A DNA stretch of 32,000 nt from Zymomonas mobilis subsp. mobilis ATCC 10988 (GCF_000175255.2 NC_017262.1:1380001-1412000); one strand, 5' to 3'; positions 17,959-28,259 are shown, numbered from the stretch's first letter. The notes: a model not told the origin generated them from the sequence alone. Program-made: numbers and translations.

Positions 17959-19404
17959 TCAGGCTTTTTCAGGCATTTTTTTATTCTTCAATAGATTAAA
18001 CCCTGCGGTCGGGCTTAGTTTAATCGCGTCTATCAAAGCCAGACAAGACAGCAAGGCCACAAGAAGCAAGGCTATTCTGAAGGGCAAATCAGCTTGCTGT
18101 CCCAAATGAAACCACCGAACTGCAAGATGACTCATTCGTAAAGCGATGGCACCGACAGTAACCCCCAAACCCAAAGAAATCTGGACGAGGGTGCTAAAGA
18201 GGGTATTGGCGGTGCTCATCAATTCTTTGGGGACTTCTGAATAGGCCAACGTCACCAAAGCGGTGAATTGCAATGACCGGAATAGCCCACCTGCAAAAAG
18301 AACAAGCACAATCAACCATTCGGATTGCGGCGACAGAAAAGCGCAAGCCAAAATAGACAGACTGCAAAGGACGTTGTTCCAGATCAAAATTGGACGGAAA
18401 CCAAAACGCTCGACAAGCTGGGTGGTAAAGGGCTTCATCAGCAGGTTTCCGGCGAAAATAGCGGTCAACAACGACCCCGATAAAAAGGGACTAAGTCCGA
18501 AACCTATCTGAAACATCAAAGGCAATAAAAAAGGTGTCGCACTGATGGTAATCCTGAAAATGCTACCGCCAAAAATGCTGACAGAAAAACTTTGAATTTT
18601 CAGGGTTTCGAGATGAATCATCGGATGATCGACGCGATTAAGATGACGATATCCCAAGGTCAACAGCAAGCCACCGATCAAGATCATGATACCAATCATC
18701 ATCCATTGCGGTTCTGGCTGCGCCCCCATTTCAATGGAAGCCATCACGAAAAATAAGGAAAAACTGGTCAATAAAAAGCCCGGCCAGTCAAAGGGTGGTG
18801 CTTCCACTTCGCCCGATTTAGGCGCTAACAGCAACGCCGAAACAATCGCGATTAGTCCCAAAGGCAGATTAAGGTAAAATATCCACCGCCATGTCGTATG
18901 GGTGACGATCAACCCGCCAAGGACAGGGCCCAACATAGGCGCCGCCAAAGCAGGCCAGATCAAAGTTGCCATCGTTTTGACGAGCTTTTCCTTGGGCAGA
19001 TTGCGAAGCACAGCCAATCGCCCGACTGGAATCATCATCGCCCCGCCCATACCCTGCATAATCCGCAACAGAACGAATTCGACCAAGCCATTCGCCAGAC
19101 CGCAAAGAACAGATCCCAAGGTAAAAATGGCGATAGCAAGGGTAAAGATGCGCCGGATACCAAAGCGGTCAGCAATCCACCCGCTCACTGGAATAAAAAT
19201 TCCCAAAGTCATCAAATAGGCAGAAACCCCGATATTGAGATCAATCGGAGGAACACCGAAAGTTTTGCTCATCGCGGGCAGGGCGGTGACAATAATGCTA
19301 CCGTCTAAATTCTCCATAAAGGAGGTGCCAGCCACCAACAAAGATAACAGGAATAAATAGCGATCAGGGGTTAAAAAACCGGTTTTCGGCTTCGGGGGCG
19401 TCAT
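17959..19404 (-). CDS. MFS transporter, DHA2-like (EmrB/QacA-type) drug efflux
   Basis: 481 aa; ENLDGSIIVTALPAMSKTFGV, SAYLMTLGIFIPVSGWIADRFGIRRIF, RIMQGMGGAMMIPVGR. Confidence 0.94.
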   Translation of the reverse strand: MTPPKPKTGFLTPDRYLFLLSLLVAGTSFMENLDGSIIVTALPAMSKTFGVPPIDLNIGVSAYLMTLGIFIPVSGWIADRFGIRRIFTLAIAIFTLGSVLCGLANGLVEFVLLRIMQGMGGAMMIPVGRLAVLRNLPKEKLVKTMATLIWPALAAPMLGPVLGGLIVTHTTWRWIFYLNLPLGLIAIVSALLLAPKSGEVEAPPFDWPGFLLTSFSLFFVMASIEMGAQPEPQWMMIGIMILIGGLLLTLGYRHLNRVDHPMIHLETLKIQSFSVSIFGGSIFRITISATPFLLPLMFQIGFGLSPFLSGSLLTAIFAGNLLMKPFTTQLVERFGFRPILIWNNVLCSLSILACAFLSPQSEWLIVLVLFAGGLFRSLQFTALVTLAYSEVPKELMSTANTLFSTLVQISLGLGVTVGAIALRMSHLAVRWFHLGQQADLPFRIALLLVALLSCLALIDAIKLSPTAGFNLLKNKKMPEKA

Positions 19405-19616
19405 GAAAAATCCGCTTCAATTATCGCGCTTTTTAGAACAAAAAGTCCTTTGTAATAGCGGCTATATAGGCCTTGTCATCAAAAGGTAACAGCACCTAAC
19501 GGATAAAATATTTTCAGTAAGCCTTATTAAATAATATAACATTATTTCTCGAAAAATCGTTTTTTCAAGGCTGCCTTTCGTCCAGAAGGTTCCGAAAGAC
19601 AGCCCCAAAAAGCAAT

Positions 19617-20474
19617 TTAGTCTTTGTCGTAATCACGGTCAGCCATAACCGAGAAATCAAAAATACGACCACCCAAGGCACCCCGCGCTCCATTGCTGGT
19701 CATTTCATAGAGAAAACCATATTCACCGGGTTTCATGGCATATTTGGGGGTCACTTTATAAACACCGGGTCTAACCATTTCGGAATCGATGGGGATCTGG
19801 TCTTTATCCATGACACCGCTTTTCATGCCGCCCAAATTCTGGCTACCCACACGAATTTCGCGATGCCCGTTTTTACTTTTCATCTTGATAAGGGTGAAGG
19901 CATTGGGTGAATTGATGACCGATTGTAAACCGGAACTCCATGTGCTGGTTGTCTGCTGGTTATTCGCCTCATCAAAGAAGAAATAGAAAACCGGCTGCTC
20001 ATCTTCGCTTTTATTGCGGGCATGCTCACTCTGGATAGAAGCCTTAATACTCATCGAGGCAATACCGCTCGTCAAAGCATAGCCCCATGTGCCACCGGTT
20101 TTAGCCTGATTGGTTATCGTGGAATCGATATGCTGCATTTTGGGCGGATAAGAATGTGAATTGAGAAGATAAACACCGGAGGCGTGAGGCACCATCGGAT
20201 CGGGCGAGTCCATCGACAAAGCCGCCGCTTTTGGCGCGCTTTTCTCAAGCATAGCCGCCAAAACTGGACTGGAAACACCGCGCTTCCGTAAAGAGATAAG
20301 CTGGTCGGTCGAAAGATCAAAATCCGCATCCGAATTTTTGACTTTGGCAATGATCGCTTCATCGCCAAGGCCGGTATTGGTCAAGGTCACGACGGATTCA
20401 TTATTCAGTGTTTCTGCCAAGGCGGGCATAGCACAGCTGATAAGCGCAGCCAGAATAAGCGGCCTGATTTTCAT
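19617..20474 (-). CDS. Secreted hypothetical protein
   Basis: 285 aa with clear signal peptide (MKIRPLILAALISCAMPALA); mature N-terminus SVVTLTNTGLGDEAIIAKVKNSDADFDLSTDQLISLRKRGVSSPVLAAML. Codon-dense, no overlapping better ORF. Confidence 0.8.
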   Translation of the reverse strand: MKIRPLILAALISCAMPALAETLNNESVVTLTNTGLGDEAIIAKVKNSDADFDLSTDQLISLRKRGVSSPVLAAMLEKSAPKAAALSMDSPDPMVPHASGVYLLNSHSYPPKMQHIDSTITNQAKTGGTWGYALTSGIASMSIKASIQSEHARNKSEDEQPVFYFFFDEANNQQTTSTWSSGLQSVINSPNAFTLIKMKSKNGHREIRVGSQNLGGMKSGVMDKDQIPIDSEMVRPGVYKVTPKYAMKPGEYGFLYEMTSNGARGALGGRIFDFSVMADRDYDKD

Positions 20475-20746
20475 GAAATTCCCCTGTTTTTTGTCAAATA
20501 ATGTAAAAATCGGGGTAACCTAATGAAGAAACATTTTTATTGAAAGTAAAAATAGAAATAGGAAGAAAAAATATATCTAAATTAGATGATATAAAAAGAA
20601 TATTTTTTATAATTTTATTTTGTATTTGAAAAATATAAACAAAGCGATGGTGAATATATCTTCTTCAAGATATTACCTTGAAGAAGATTATCGCTCTTGT
20701 ATTTTTTAATATCACTCTGACCACAGAGAAAAATTAGTCTTCTTTT

Positions 20747-21678
20747 TTATAATCCTTTGGAATTCTCTCTTTTATTTGCCACCATCATGGCCTGACAGGC
20801 CGCCAGATCCCAAGCCGCACAGCCTACCGATTTAAATAAAACAGGCATCCCAATAGGCGGTGTTACCTCCAATGCCTTAGCCAAAGGTTGCACTTTCGAC
20901 CATTCAAGGCCAGCCTGAATAATATCGCCCGCTTCACTAGGCGCACCGATTGGATCATCGACATAAACAAGGCTGTTTCTGACGATCTCCGGTGCGATTT
21001 CGACCATTTCCGGCTTAAAAGCGCCGACTGCAATGACCAAAGGACAGGCCGACGGCGCTTCATTATAAATGACTTCCCGACTAGAGGTAACCGTAATCAC
21101 CACGTCAAAAACCCGTCCTTCTTGGCAATCCGGCTGCAACCGCAAAGGCAAATCAGATAATTTCTGACAAAAGGCTAAACTGCTTTCTTTGGTGCGTCCT
21201 CTGATAAAAACCGAACTTTCAGGATAAAGGGCAGCCAAAGCCTCACAATGGGCAATCGCCTGAACACCAGTGCCGATAATCAGAATATTTTTGACACTTT
21301 GCCGTGCCAATAAGGCGATCGCCAGCATCGACAAAGCGAAGTCCGTAACATCGTAACCGTTGGCGCATCTAGGGTAAAAAGCGGGCTACCCGTTCGGACA
21401 TCGGCACAATTGATTGCGCCTTGGATGACAGGCCGATCAGACGCTGCGTTATCAGGGCAGATAGTCAATATTTTGGTGACAAATAATTCGGAACTAGCCG
21501 CAGGCATCACCATGAACAAAGCTGGATTATCCGAGCGCGCTTCCGGCGCCGCAATCGTTACCCGTTCAGGACAAATTATCTCCCCTCGCGCATAGGCTAT
21601 TATCGTCTTTTTCAAGGATTCGACCAAAAGAGGATAGGTCAAAAGGCGCTTTGTCTCTGAAGCCGAGTAGATTTTCAT
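20747..21678 (-). pseudogene. Ornithine cyclodeaminase / mu-crystallin family protein, split by a 1-nt frameshift
   Basis: Two adjacent ORFs in different frames (21280-21678 and 20747-21334). Adding one G near 21337 on the coding strand (TCG-GCT-TTG-TCG) gives ...TLDAPTVTMLRTSALSMLAIALLARQSVKNILIIGTGVQAIAHCEAL... of 310 aa (932+1 = 933 nt = 311 codons). Confidence 0.88.
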
Positions 21679-22583
21679 ATTTTTAATAACTTGTTTCGAG
21701 TGGGATTTTCTTTGTTAGACCAAAAGACCTTGAGATAATGCGTCAATTTTTCAAATAAGTCACTTTTTAGCCTTGGAACGACCCAATACAGATCAACTTC
21801 TACCGCTCCTTTTGGCTGTAATTCTATTAATCGCCCTTCTTCTATATCGACTTTAACTAAGGGTAAGGGCTGCATCCCCCATCCCGCTCCAGCCAATAAA
21901 AAATTTAAAAAACCTTGTGTTGTGGGGATGTAATGAATCTTAGGGGGAAGCGGCATCGCATAATTTTGCTGTAGCCACTGACTTTGTAAACCGTCATGCT
22001 TTTCAAAGCAGATGCACGGCGCTTGAGTAAATGCCTGTTTGGTGAAACCATCTGGGAAATAGCTTTTTATAAAAGATGGGGTCGCACAGGCAATATAGAC
22101 CATTTTTCCCAGATGAATTGTCCGGCATCCCGTTATTGGGGCTGTTTGCGCAGTAATGGCGGCCATCGCTTCACCAGAACGCAATTTATCCGCCGTCACT
22201 GTTTCATCTTCTACGAAAAGATTCAAAAAGACTTTTTCTTGTTTAATAAAATCGGCCACAGCATCGGGAAACCACGTTGCAAGGCTATCTGCATTGACCG
22301 CTATTTTTAGATGAACAGGCAGCGCTTCTTTTGAGCCAGAAAGCTCGGCGATTTCAGCTTCCAGTAGTTGTACTTTTTCGACATGAGCACATAAAGCGCG
22401 TCCAATATCCGTTGGCATGCAAGGTTGGCCTCGGATAATCAACAAGGCACCTAATCTTTCTTCATATCCTCGAACACGCTGCGATATCGCAGAAGGCGTA
22501 ATCCCCAAAAATCGGGCAGCCGCTTCAAAAGAGCCTTCCTGTATCACAGCATGGACAGCGACAAGCGCGGTATAATCTAGCAT
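21675..22583 (-). CDS. LysR-family regulator of the ArgP/LysG type
   Basis: 302 aa; LDYTALVAVHAVIQEGSFEAAARFLGITPSAISQRVRGYEERLG; divergent from a LysE/ArgO exporter. Confidence 0.92.
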   Translation of the reverse strand: MLDYTALVAVHAVIQEGSFEAAARFLGITPSAISQRVRGYEERLGALLIIRGQPCMPTDIGRALCAHVEKVQLLEAEIAELSGSKEALPVHLKIAVNADSLATWFPDAVADFIKQEKVFLNLFVEDETVTADKLRSGEAMAAITAQTAPITGCRTIHLGKMVYIACATPSFIKSYFPDGFTKQAFTQAPCICFEKHDGLQSQWLQQNYAMPLPPKIHYIPTTQGFLNFLLAGAGWGMQPLPLVKVDIEEGRLIELQPKGAVEVDLYWVVPRLKSDLFEKLTHYLKVFWSNKENPTRNKLLKI

Positions 22584-22657
22584 AGATGAAGTTTTCCTTC
22601 ATCATACTTAGAAAAACAAGTTTTTCTTCATGATAGGGCTGAAATATAGAAAATCTT

Positions 22658-23299
22658 ATGTCCTATATTTTGATCCCTTTTTTGTCTGGCTTTGCATTAT
22701 CCGCCTCTTTAATCATGGCTATTGGTGCCCAAAATCTGTTTGTTCTCCGCCAAGGATTGAAAAAAGAACATATCGGCGCAATCGTTCTTTTTTGTGGGTT
22801 ATCTGATGCTCTGTTGATTACTCTAGGCGTCAGCGGCGTAGGTGCCTTCCTCTCAAAAATACCTCAATTATCGAAAATCTTTACCCTCGCTGGATTTCTG
22901 TTTCTTTCCTATTATGGCATCATGGCATTACGCCGCGCGATGAAGCCCGAAGACAGCCTTAATCTATCAAAAGGCCATTCTGTCTCTCTTGCAAAAGCCT
23001 TATTTACAGTCGCGGCTTTTACATGGCTCAACTCACATGTTTATATTGATACGGTTCTTTTGATGGGGACAGCCGCTTCGGCACAACCTTATTCTTTACG
23101 GCCTATTTTTGGGATAGGGGCTTCTGCGGCCAGTTTTGTCTGGTTTTTTGCGCTTGGCTATGCCGCCCGTTTTTTACAACCTATTTTCCAGCATCCGCGT
23201 TCGTGGCAAAGGCTTGATATTCTTACAGGTAGCGTCATGCTTTTCCTTGCTTTTTTATTGCTCTGGCAAGGCATCCTTCATCCATTTCTATCTCTATGA
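22658..23299 (+). CDS. LysE/ArgO-type basic amino-acid exporter
   Basis: 213 aa; GFALSASLIMAIGAQNLFVLRQGLKKEH; TM-rich; WLNSHVYIDTVLLMG. Confidence 0.94.
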   Translation: MSYILIPFLSGFALSASLIMAIGAQNLFVLRQGLKKEHIGAIVLFCGLSDALLITLGVSGVGAFLSKIPQLSKIFTLAGFLFLSYYGIMALRRAMKPEDSLNLSKGHSVSLAKALFTVAAFTWLNSHVYIDTVLLMGTAASAQPYSLRPIFGIGASAASFVWFFALGYAARFLQPIFQHPRSWQRLDILTGSVMLFLAFLLLWQGILHPFLSL

Positions 23300-23438
23300 A
23301 TGACTGTCTATTTTGAACTGATTTCTAAAGTAACCTTTCTTTTGCGCCGGATAAAATCTTCAAAATTTTTTGTAAAAGCCTGATTCCAACGCTAAAATAA
23401 CTTTCTGCGCTTTTATCAAAGGCCGTAAAGGAAATATC

Positions 23439-24302
23439 TTGCTCGTTATTCATACCATAGCCGAACTTCGCGCCCATCTTGATGAACATCGCCAAAATCG
23501 CCGCAAAATCAGCTTGGTGCCTACAATGGGTTTCTTACATCAGGGACATATGGCCTTAGCGCAAAAAGCGAGGAAAGAATCTGATGTTGTGGTGCTTAGT
23601 ATTTTTGTTAACCCGATACAGTTCGGCGTTAATGAAGATCTCGATGTTTACCCAAGAGATTTACCTCATGACATCGCATTATGTAAAGAAAATGGGGTGG
23701 ATATCCTTTTTGCGCCTTCGGTGGCTGAAATCTATCCAGAACCGATAATGACCTCGGTCGAGGTTCAATCACTTTCCAATATTTTGATTGGTCGTCATCG
23801 CCCCAATCATTTCCGTGGCGTGACGACGATCGTCGCAAAGTTATTGAATATTGTCGAACCCGATAAGATTATTTTCGGAGAAAAGGACTATCAACAGCTT
23901 ATTATAGTCCGTCGGATGATCCGCGATCTTTCCTACAAAGCCGAAGTGGTTGGGGTGCCTATAGTTCGTGAAGAGGACGGCTTGGCCTGTTCTTCGCGCA
24001 ATGCAAGATTGACCAAAGAAGATCGCGCTGCGGCGGTCATTCTTTCGCAATCCTTGAAAAAAGCCCAAAAAAGGATTTTGGAAGGCGAAAAAGATGTCTC
24101 CACTATCCGCCAGTTAATAGAAGACAATATCAAAAGCGAAGCACGGGCAAAAATTCAATCTATTGATATCTGCCATGCTACAAAATTAGATACTCTCGAC
24201 AGGATAGATAATCAGCCGATTGTTATTCTACTCGCTGTCGCTTTTGGTGACGTCGTTCTGATCGATCAGCAGCTCGTTACGCCCAAGGAGAAAGCGCTCT
24301 AA
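23439..24302 (+). CDS. panC: Pantothenate synthetase (pantoate--beta-alanine ligase)
   Basis: 287 aa; [44 protein letters not shown]. Confidence 0.97.
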   Translation: MLVIHTIAELRAHLDEHRQNRRKISLVPTMGFLHQGHMALAQKARKESDVVVLSIFVNPIQFGVNEDLDVYPRDLPHDIALCKENGVDILFAPSVAEIYPEPIMTSVEVQSLSNILIGRHRPNHFRGVTTIVAKLLNIVEPDKIIFGEKDYQQLIIVRRMIRDLSYKAEVVGVPIVREEDGLACSSRNARLTKEDRAAAVILSQSLKKAQKRILEGEKDVSTIRQLIEDNIKSEARAKIQSIDICHATKLDTLDRIDNQPIVILLAVAFGDVVLIDQQLVTPKEKAL

Positions 24303-25123
24303 TGTCAGCCATCCCTTCTTCTAATAAGCGCCGGACTATTCCCGAGCTTCGCGCGCGTAAAGGCAAGTCGCCGATCGTTGCTTTGACGGCTTACAGTGCT
24401 TTAACCGCCCGTTTTGTTGATCCTTACGCCGATTTCATTCTTGTCGGGGACAGTCTTGCCATGGTCGAACATGGTATGGCGACGACTATTGGCGCCTCGC
24501 TTGATATGATGATTTTACATGGTCAAAGCGTGATGCGCGGTTCCGAGAAGGCCGCTGTCGTTATCGACATGCCTTTTGGTTCTTACGAAGCGAGTCCACA
24601 GGAAGCCTATCATAATGCTGTCCGTATTTTGTCCGAAACAGGATGTTCAGCCGTAAAACTTGAAGGCGGCTCTCATCTCGCGCCTGTTATCGCCTTCCTC
24701 ACAGCACGAGGGGTGCCGGTTATGGGGCATATTGGGTTGACGCCTCAATATGTTCAGACTTTGGGCGGGTTCAAAATACAAGGCCATAGCTCGGAACAAC
24801 AAGACAAGATTAAACAGGACGCTCTTGATTTTGAGGCCGCCGGTGCTTTTTCCGTCGTGCTAGAAGGGGTGACCGAACCGCTTGCCCGTGAAATTACGGA
24901 TAATATCGCGATACCAACGATTGGTATCGGTGCCTCTTCTTATTGTGATGGCCAAGTTTTGGTTTTGGAAGATATGCTGGGCTTCAATGACAAGGTGCCG
25001 CGTTTCGTCAAAAAATTTGCTCATCTTGGGGATGACATCAAAAAAGCGGTTTCAGACTATGCCACTGCGGTTTCAAATCGTAGTTTTCCAGCAGAAGACA
25101 ACATCTACAGGCCAAAATCTTAA
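24302..25123 (+). CDS. panB: 3-methyl-2-oxobutanoate hydroxymethyltransferase
   Basis: 273 aa; VALTAYSALTARFVDPYADFILVGDSLAMVEHG, VKLEGG, MGHIGLTPQ. Confidence 0.97.
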   Translation: MSAIPSSNKRRTIPELRARKGKSPIVALTAYSALTARFVDPYADFILVGDSLAMVEHGMATTIGASLDMMILHGQSVMRGSEKAAVVIDMPFGSYEASPQEAYHNAVRILSETGCSAVKLEGGSHLAPVIAFLTARGVPVMGHIGLTPQYVQTLGGFKIQGHSSEQQDKIKQDALDFEAAGAFSVVLEGVTEPLAREITDNIAIPTIGIGASSYCDGQVLVLEDMLGFNDKVPRFVKKFAHLGDDIKKAVSDYATAVSNRSFPAEDNIYRPKS

Positions 25124-25318
25124 AAAGACCTGATTGTTCAAATGTCAGTTTCTTCGGGATTGTTGGTCTGTTTCTAAAAGCTGTTTTTCACTTTTATTTT
25201 AAAAGAAGGCTGTTCTTTTCAAGGAAAATAGTCCTCCTCTGACTCTGTAATATTGCATAAATAAACAGAGGTGTAAGGCGGCTATAATCGACAAAGAAGC
25301 AGTAGGATTTCAAGAATA

Positions 25319-26113
25319 GTGAAAAAAACAGGATGGAAAGCGGCAATCATTTTGGCCGCGATTGCGCTGGGTGCTTTGCTTTTTTGGGGTGCCTTCAAGC
25401 TGAATAGGCCAACAGCCAAAACACCACAGGAAGAATTAAAGCTCGCGCTGAAATATGCGCATGGCGATAGCTCGAATATTGATAAAAGCAAGGCTTTGAC
25501 CCTGATCCAGCAAGCCGCCAATAAAGGCTTTGCTCCGGCTGAATATGCGCTTGGTACTTTTTACTATAAAGGCGAAGCGGTCGCGGCGGATAAATCCAAA
25601 GCCCTCTATTGGTATCAACAGGCGGTTACGCATGGGGACGCCGATGCCGCCCTTGCTTTGGGCAATATGTATTATAATGGCGATAGTATTGCGCCCGACA
25701 AATCCAAATCCGTTGACCTTTATCAACAGGCGGCCAATCAGGGCAATGCCCAAGCGCAGTTAAATCTTGGCCTAATGTTTTCTCGTGGGGATGCCGTTTC
25801 TCTCGATAAAGCCAAAGCACTTTACTGGTATCAGCAAGCCGCTGATAAAGGTAATCCACAGGCTGAACTTATTCTTGGCAATATGTATTATAATGGTGAC
25901 GGCGTTGCCGTTGATAAAGCCAAAGCGCTTTCTTGGTATCAACAAGCGGCCAATCATGGTCTCGCTCAAGCTGAACTTGCTCTTGGCATTATGTTCTATA
26001 ATGGCGAAGGCGTTACCGTTGATAAAAATAACGCCGCCTATTGGCTGAAACAAGCTGCTAATCATGGGAATGATACAGCAAAATACCAACTGAAATTATG
26101 GTTTAATTCTTAG
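25319..26113 (+). CDS. Sel1-repeat (TPR-like) protein with N-terminal membrane anchor
   Basis: 264 aa; N-terminal TM segment then six ~36-aa units such as ELILGNMYYNGDGVAVDKAKALSWYQQAANHGLAQA. Confidence 0.93.
   Translation: MKKTGWKAAIILAAIALGALLFWGAFKLNRPTAKTPQEELKLALKYAHGDSSNIDKSKALTLIQQAANKGFAPAEYALGTFYYKGEAVAADKSKALYWYQQAVTHGDADAALALGNMYYNGDSIAPDKSKSVDLYQQAANQGNAQAQLNLGLMFSRGDAVSLDKAKALYWYQQAADKGNPQAELILGNMYYNGDGVAVDKAKALSWYQQAANHGLAQAELALGIMFYNGEGVTVDKNNAAYWLKQAANHGNDTAKYQLKLWFNS
25440..26085 (+). repeat. In-frame tandem repeat with 108-bp period (Sel1 units)
   Basis: Near-identical GGCAATATGTATTATAATGG at ~25663 and ~25879 (216 bp = 2 x 108 apart), with diverged intermediate copies. 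Confidence 0.85.
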
Positions 26114-26163
26114 GTCGTTATAAAAAATTATAAAAACGGTAAAAAAGTAATGAAAAAATGACA

Positions 26164-26200
26164 AAAAGCCGCCTCTGATTTCCTTTCATGGACGGCTTTT
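26164..26200. terminator. Possible intrinsic terminator after the Sel1-repeat gene
   Basis: AAAAGCCG (26164-26171) ... CGGCTTTT (26193-26200), then a T-rich tail. Confidence 0.5.
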
Positions 26201-26939
26201 CTGTCTTTTTTGATCTTGGGATATTTTATCCTTTGCCCTATTTTTTAAATCATTCACTATAATAAATTGATATTTTATTTAAAAACATTTGATTTATAGT
26301 TGTTTTTTAAACAAAAAATAATAATAAGTAAATTTATGTATTTAATTCTCTTTGAATAAATAATTATTATATTTTTAAGTCGTTTGATTTTTTTAAAAAT
26401 TTTATTTTAATTGCAATGTAATCTTTAAAAATAAGAATGAAATTATAATAGCTATTGTAATAGTTAATCATATAATACTGAGAACAATTCATGAATGCTT
26501 GAATCTAGGTGGGTTTTGTTCGCGATGTCATGGCGGCTGATAAACCCAAATCCCTTTTCTAGCATGAGCAAGCGACTAACCCGCAAAGCCAAATATACTC
26601 TGGGTTGTTTCTGCCGTGCAGGCGATGCTGTCGCGACTGATAATTCCAAGCTTTTTGTTGGGTGCTGACCGTGTCCAATAAAGGCTATGATCCACGCATA
26701 ATATCATTGAGGCTTTTATATTACAGCAGAGATAGCCTTGCCGCCAATCAGTCTAAAGCCTCTATCATTCTCAAAAAGCATCTGCTCACGCTAGTGAAAC
26801 TACCCAAAAATAGCTGGAATATCATTCGGTTGTCAGGGCTTGGAATAGCGCCTGAATATTTTTTTTGGCAGCCTTCTTGCTACAATCCACCAATCTGTTT
26901 TTTGGCTTATTTTAAAACCGCTTTTTCTAGGGATAATTT

Positions 26940-27857
26940 CTAACTTTCCGATTGGAGGATGTCGGCTGCACCATAATGGGCTATTTTGGAAAATAGACCG
27001 AGAAGCTGGTCTTTTGTGGGTGTTCCACCCCAAACATAAACAGAGAGAATAATGGCTTTATTCGGTTGAGGCCAAAGAATGGCAATATCACTGGCGGCAT
27101 CATGGCCATTGGTGCCGGTTTTGTCCGCGATGACCCAGTTTTTGGGCAAGCCTGCCCGCAACCGCTGACTGCCTGTCTGACATCTTACCATCCAACCGGT
27201 CAGCCGATCGCGGGAGGAAGGTGATAATAGAGAACCCAAAAGCATTTTTTGCAAATTGCGCGCCATAGCTATGGGCGTTGTCGTATTTTCTACGCCACCA
27301 TAAGGCGTTTCGTTTAAAAATGGCTCGATATTGTCTAACCGACTTTGATCGTCCCCCAACTGCCGCCAGAAGGCTGTCAAAGCCAAAGCCCCGCCACTAC
27401 GTTCCAACAGTTTATTGGCACAGAAATTGTCGCTTTGTTCAATCGCTCCCTGACAGAGTTCAGCAACCGACATCTCTGCTTTATCAAGATGAGCCTTGGC
27501 AAAAGGCGCGTATAAATCTTCAATATCTTCAGGCTTATAAGAAATAATCCGGTCAAGGCTGTCTTGCCCACGGTCACAACGCAACAAGACAGAAGCCACA
27601 AGAGAAACCTTAAAGCTGCTGCACATGAGAAAGCGTTCATTCGCCCGCCAAGCAAGGCTTTTTCCTGTCGCTATATTCTGGGCATAAATCCCGACATGCC
27701 CACCGGTTGCCTGCTCATATTCAAGCGCAATCTCCTCAATACTGACAGCCCTTTCCGCAGGAACTGCCCGTTTGCCCCATAGCGCTTGGCAAAAAACAGA
27801 TGGAAACAGAACCGCCGTCCCAGCTGTCCCCAAAGCCAAAACATCCCGCCTCCGCAT
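26940..27857 (-). CDS. Class A beta-lactamase with Tat-like signal peptide
   Basis: 305 aa; MRRRDVLALGTAGTAVLF leader; S-x-x-K as SSFK; SDN in QSDNFCAN; E166-type motif IEPFLNE; KTG in ADKTGTNG. Confidence 0.93.
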   Translation of the reverse strand: MRRRDVLALGTAGTAVLFPSVFCQALWGKRAVPAERAVSIEEIALEYEQATGGHVGIYAQNIATGKSLAWRANERFLMCSSFKVSLVASVLLRCDRGQDSLDRIISYKPEDIEDLYAPFAKAHLDKAEMSVAELCQGAIEQSDNFCANKLLERSGGALALTAFWRQLGDDQSRLDNIEPFLNETPYGGVENTTTPIAMARNLQKMLLGSLLSPSSRDRLTGWMVRCQTGSQRLRAGLPKNWVIADKTGTNGHDAASDIAILWPQPNKAIILSVYVWGGTPTKDQLLGLFSKIAHYGAADILQSES

Positions 27858-28127
27858 TGATATGACTCCCTACTGCTATCCCGCATTCTTGGCACAGCGC
27901 ATTAAGCTCGACAATGCCTCGTCGCTTTCTTTTGGAATATCTTTCAGACAAGCCTTCTGGCTAGCATAAAGAGATCAATCCAGCTTCAATCTGTTCTTCT
28001 GAAAAATGAAATGAATAAAAGAAAGATGTTTTTATTTTTTATAAAAATTTAAAATAAAATATATTATATTTGCTTTTTAAAAAAAATATATATTATGTTT
28101 ATGTGTTTTAATAATAGGATAATCGTC

Positions 28128-28259
28128 ATGGCAAAGCTAAAGTCAGCCATTACTATTTCAACAGTTTTACTGCCTATTAGCGGTTCCATAAATGCGATGG
28201 CCTTGTCCCCAAAAATGCCGTTGCATCATACAGAAACAAATAGATCTTTCGCATCATAA
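28128..28259 (+). CDS. Small putative secreted peptide (43 aa), function unknown
   Basis: ATG with AGGA ~9 nt upstream: MAKLKSAITISTVLLPISGSINAMALSPKMPLHHTETNRSFAS, signal-peptide-like. Below the ORF-track size cut-off. Confidence 0.45.
   Translation: MAKLKSAITISTVLLPISGSINAMALSPKMPLHHTETNRSFAS

Noticed and set aside
18898-19308. Plus-strand ORFs (136 aa, 105 aa) over the MFS gene
   Set aside because: Shadow ORFs; the minus-strand frame has clear MFS motifs.
25440-26085. Regularly spaced repeats as a CRISPR candidate
   Set aside because: Period is 108 bp with continuous coding potential and no short unique spacers; it is a protein repeat.
25436-26089. Minus-strand and alternate-frame ORFs across the Sel1 gene, which look repetitive
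   Set aside because: The repetitive look is inherited from the 108-bp Sel1 repeats in the real frame.
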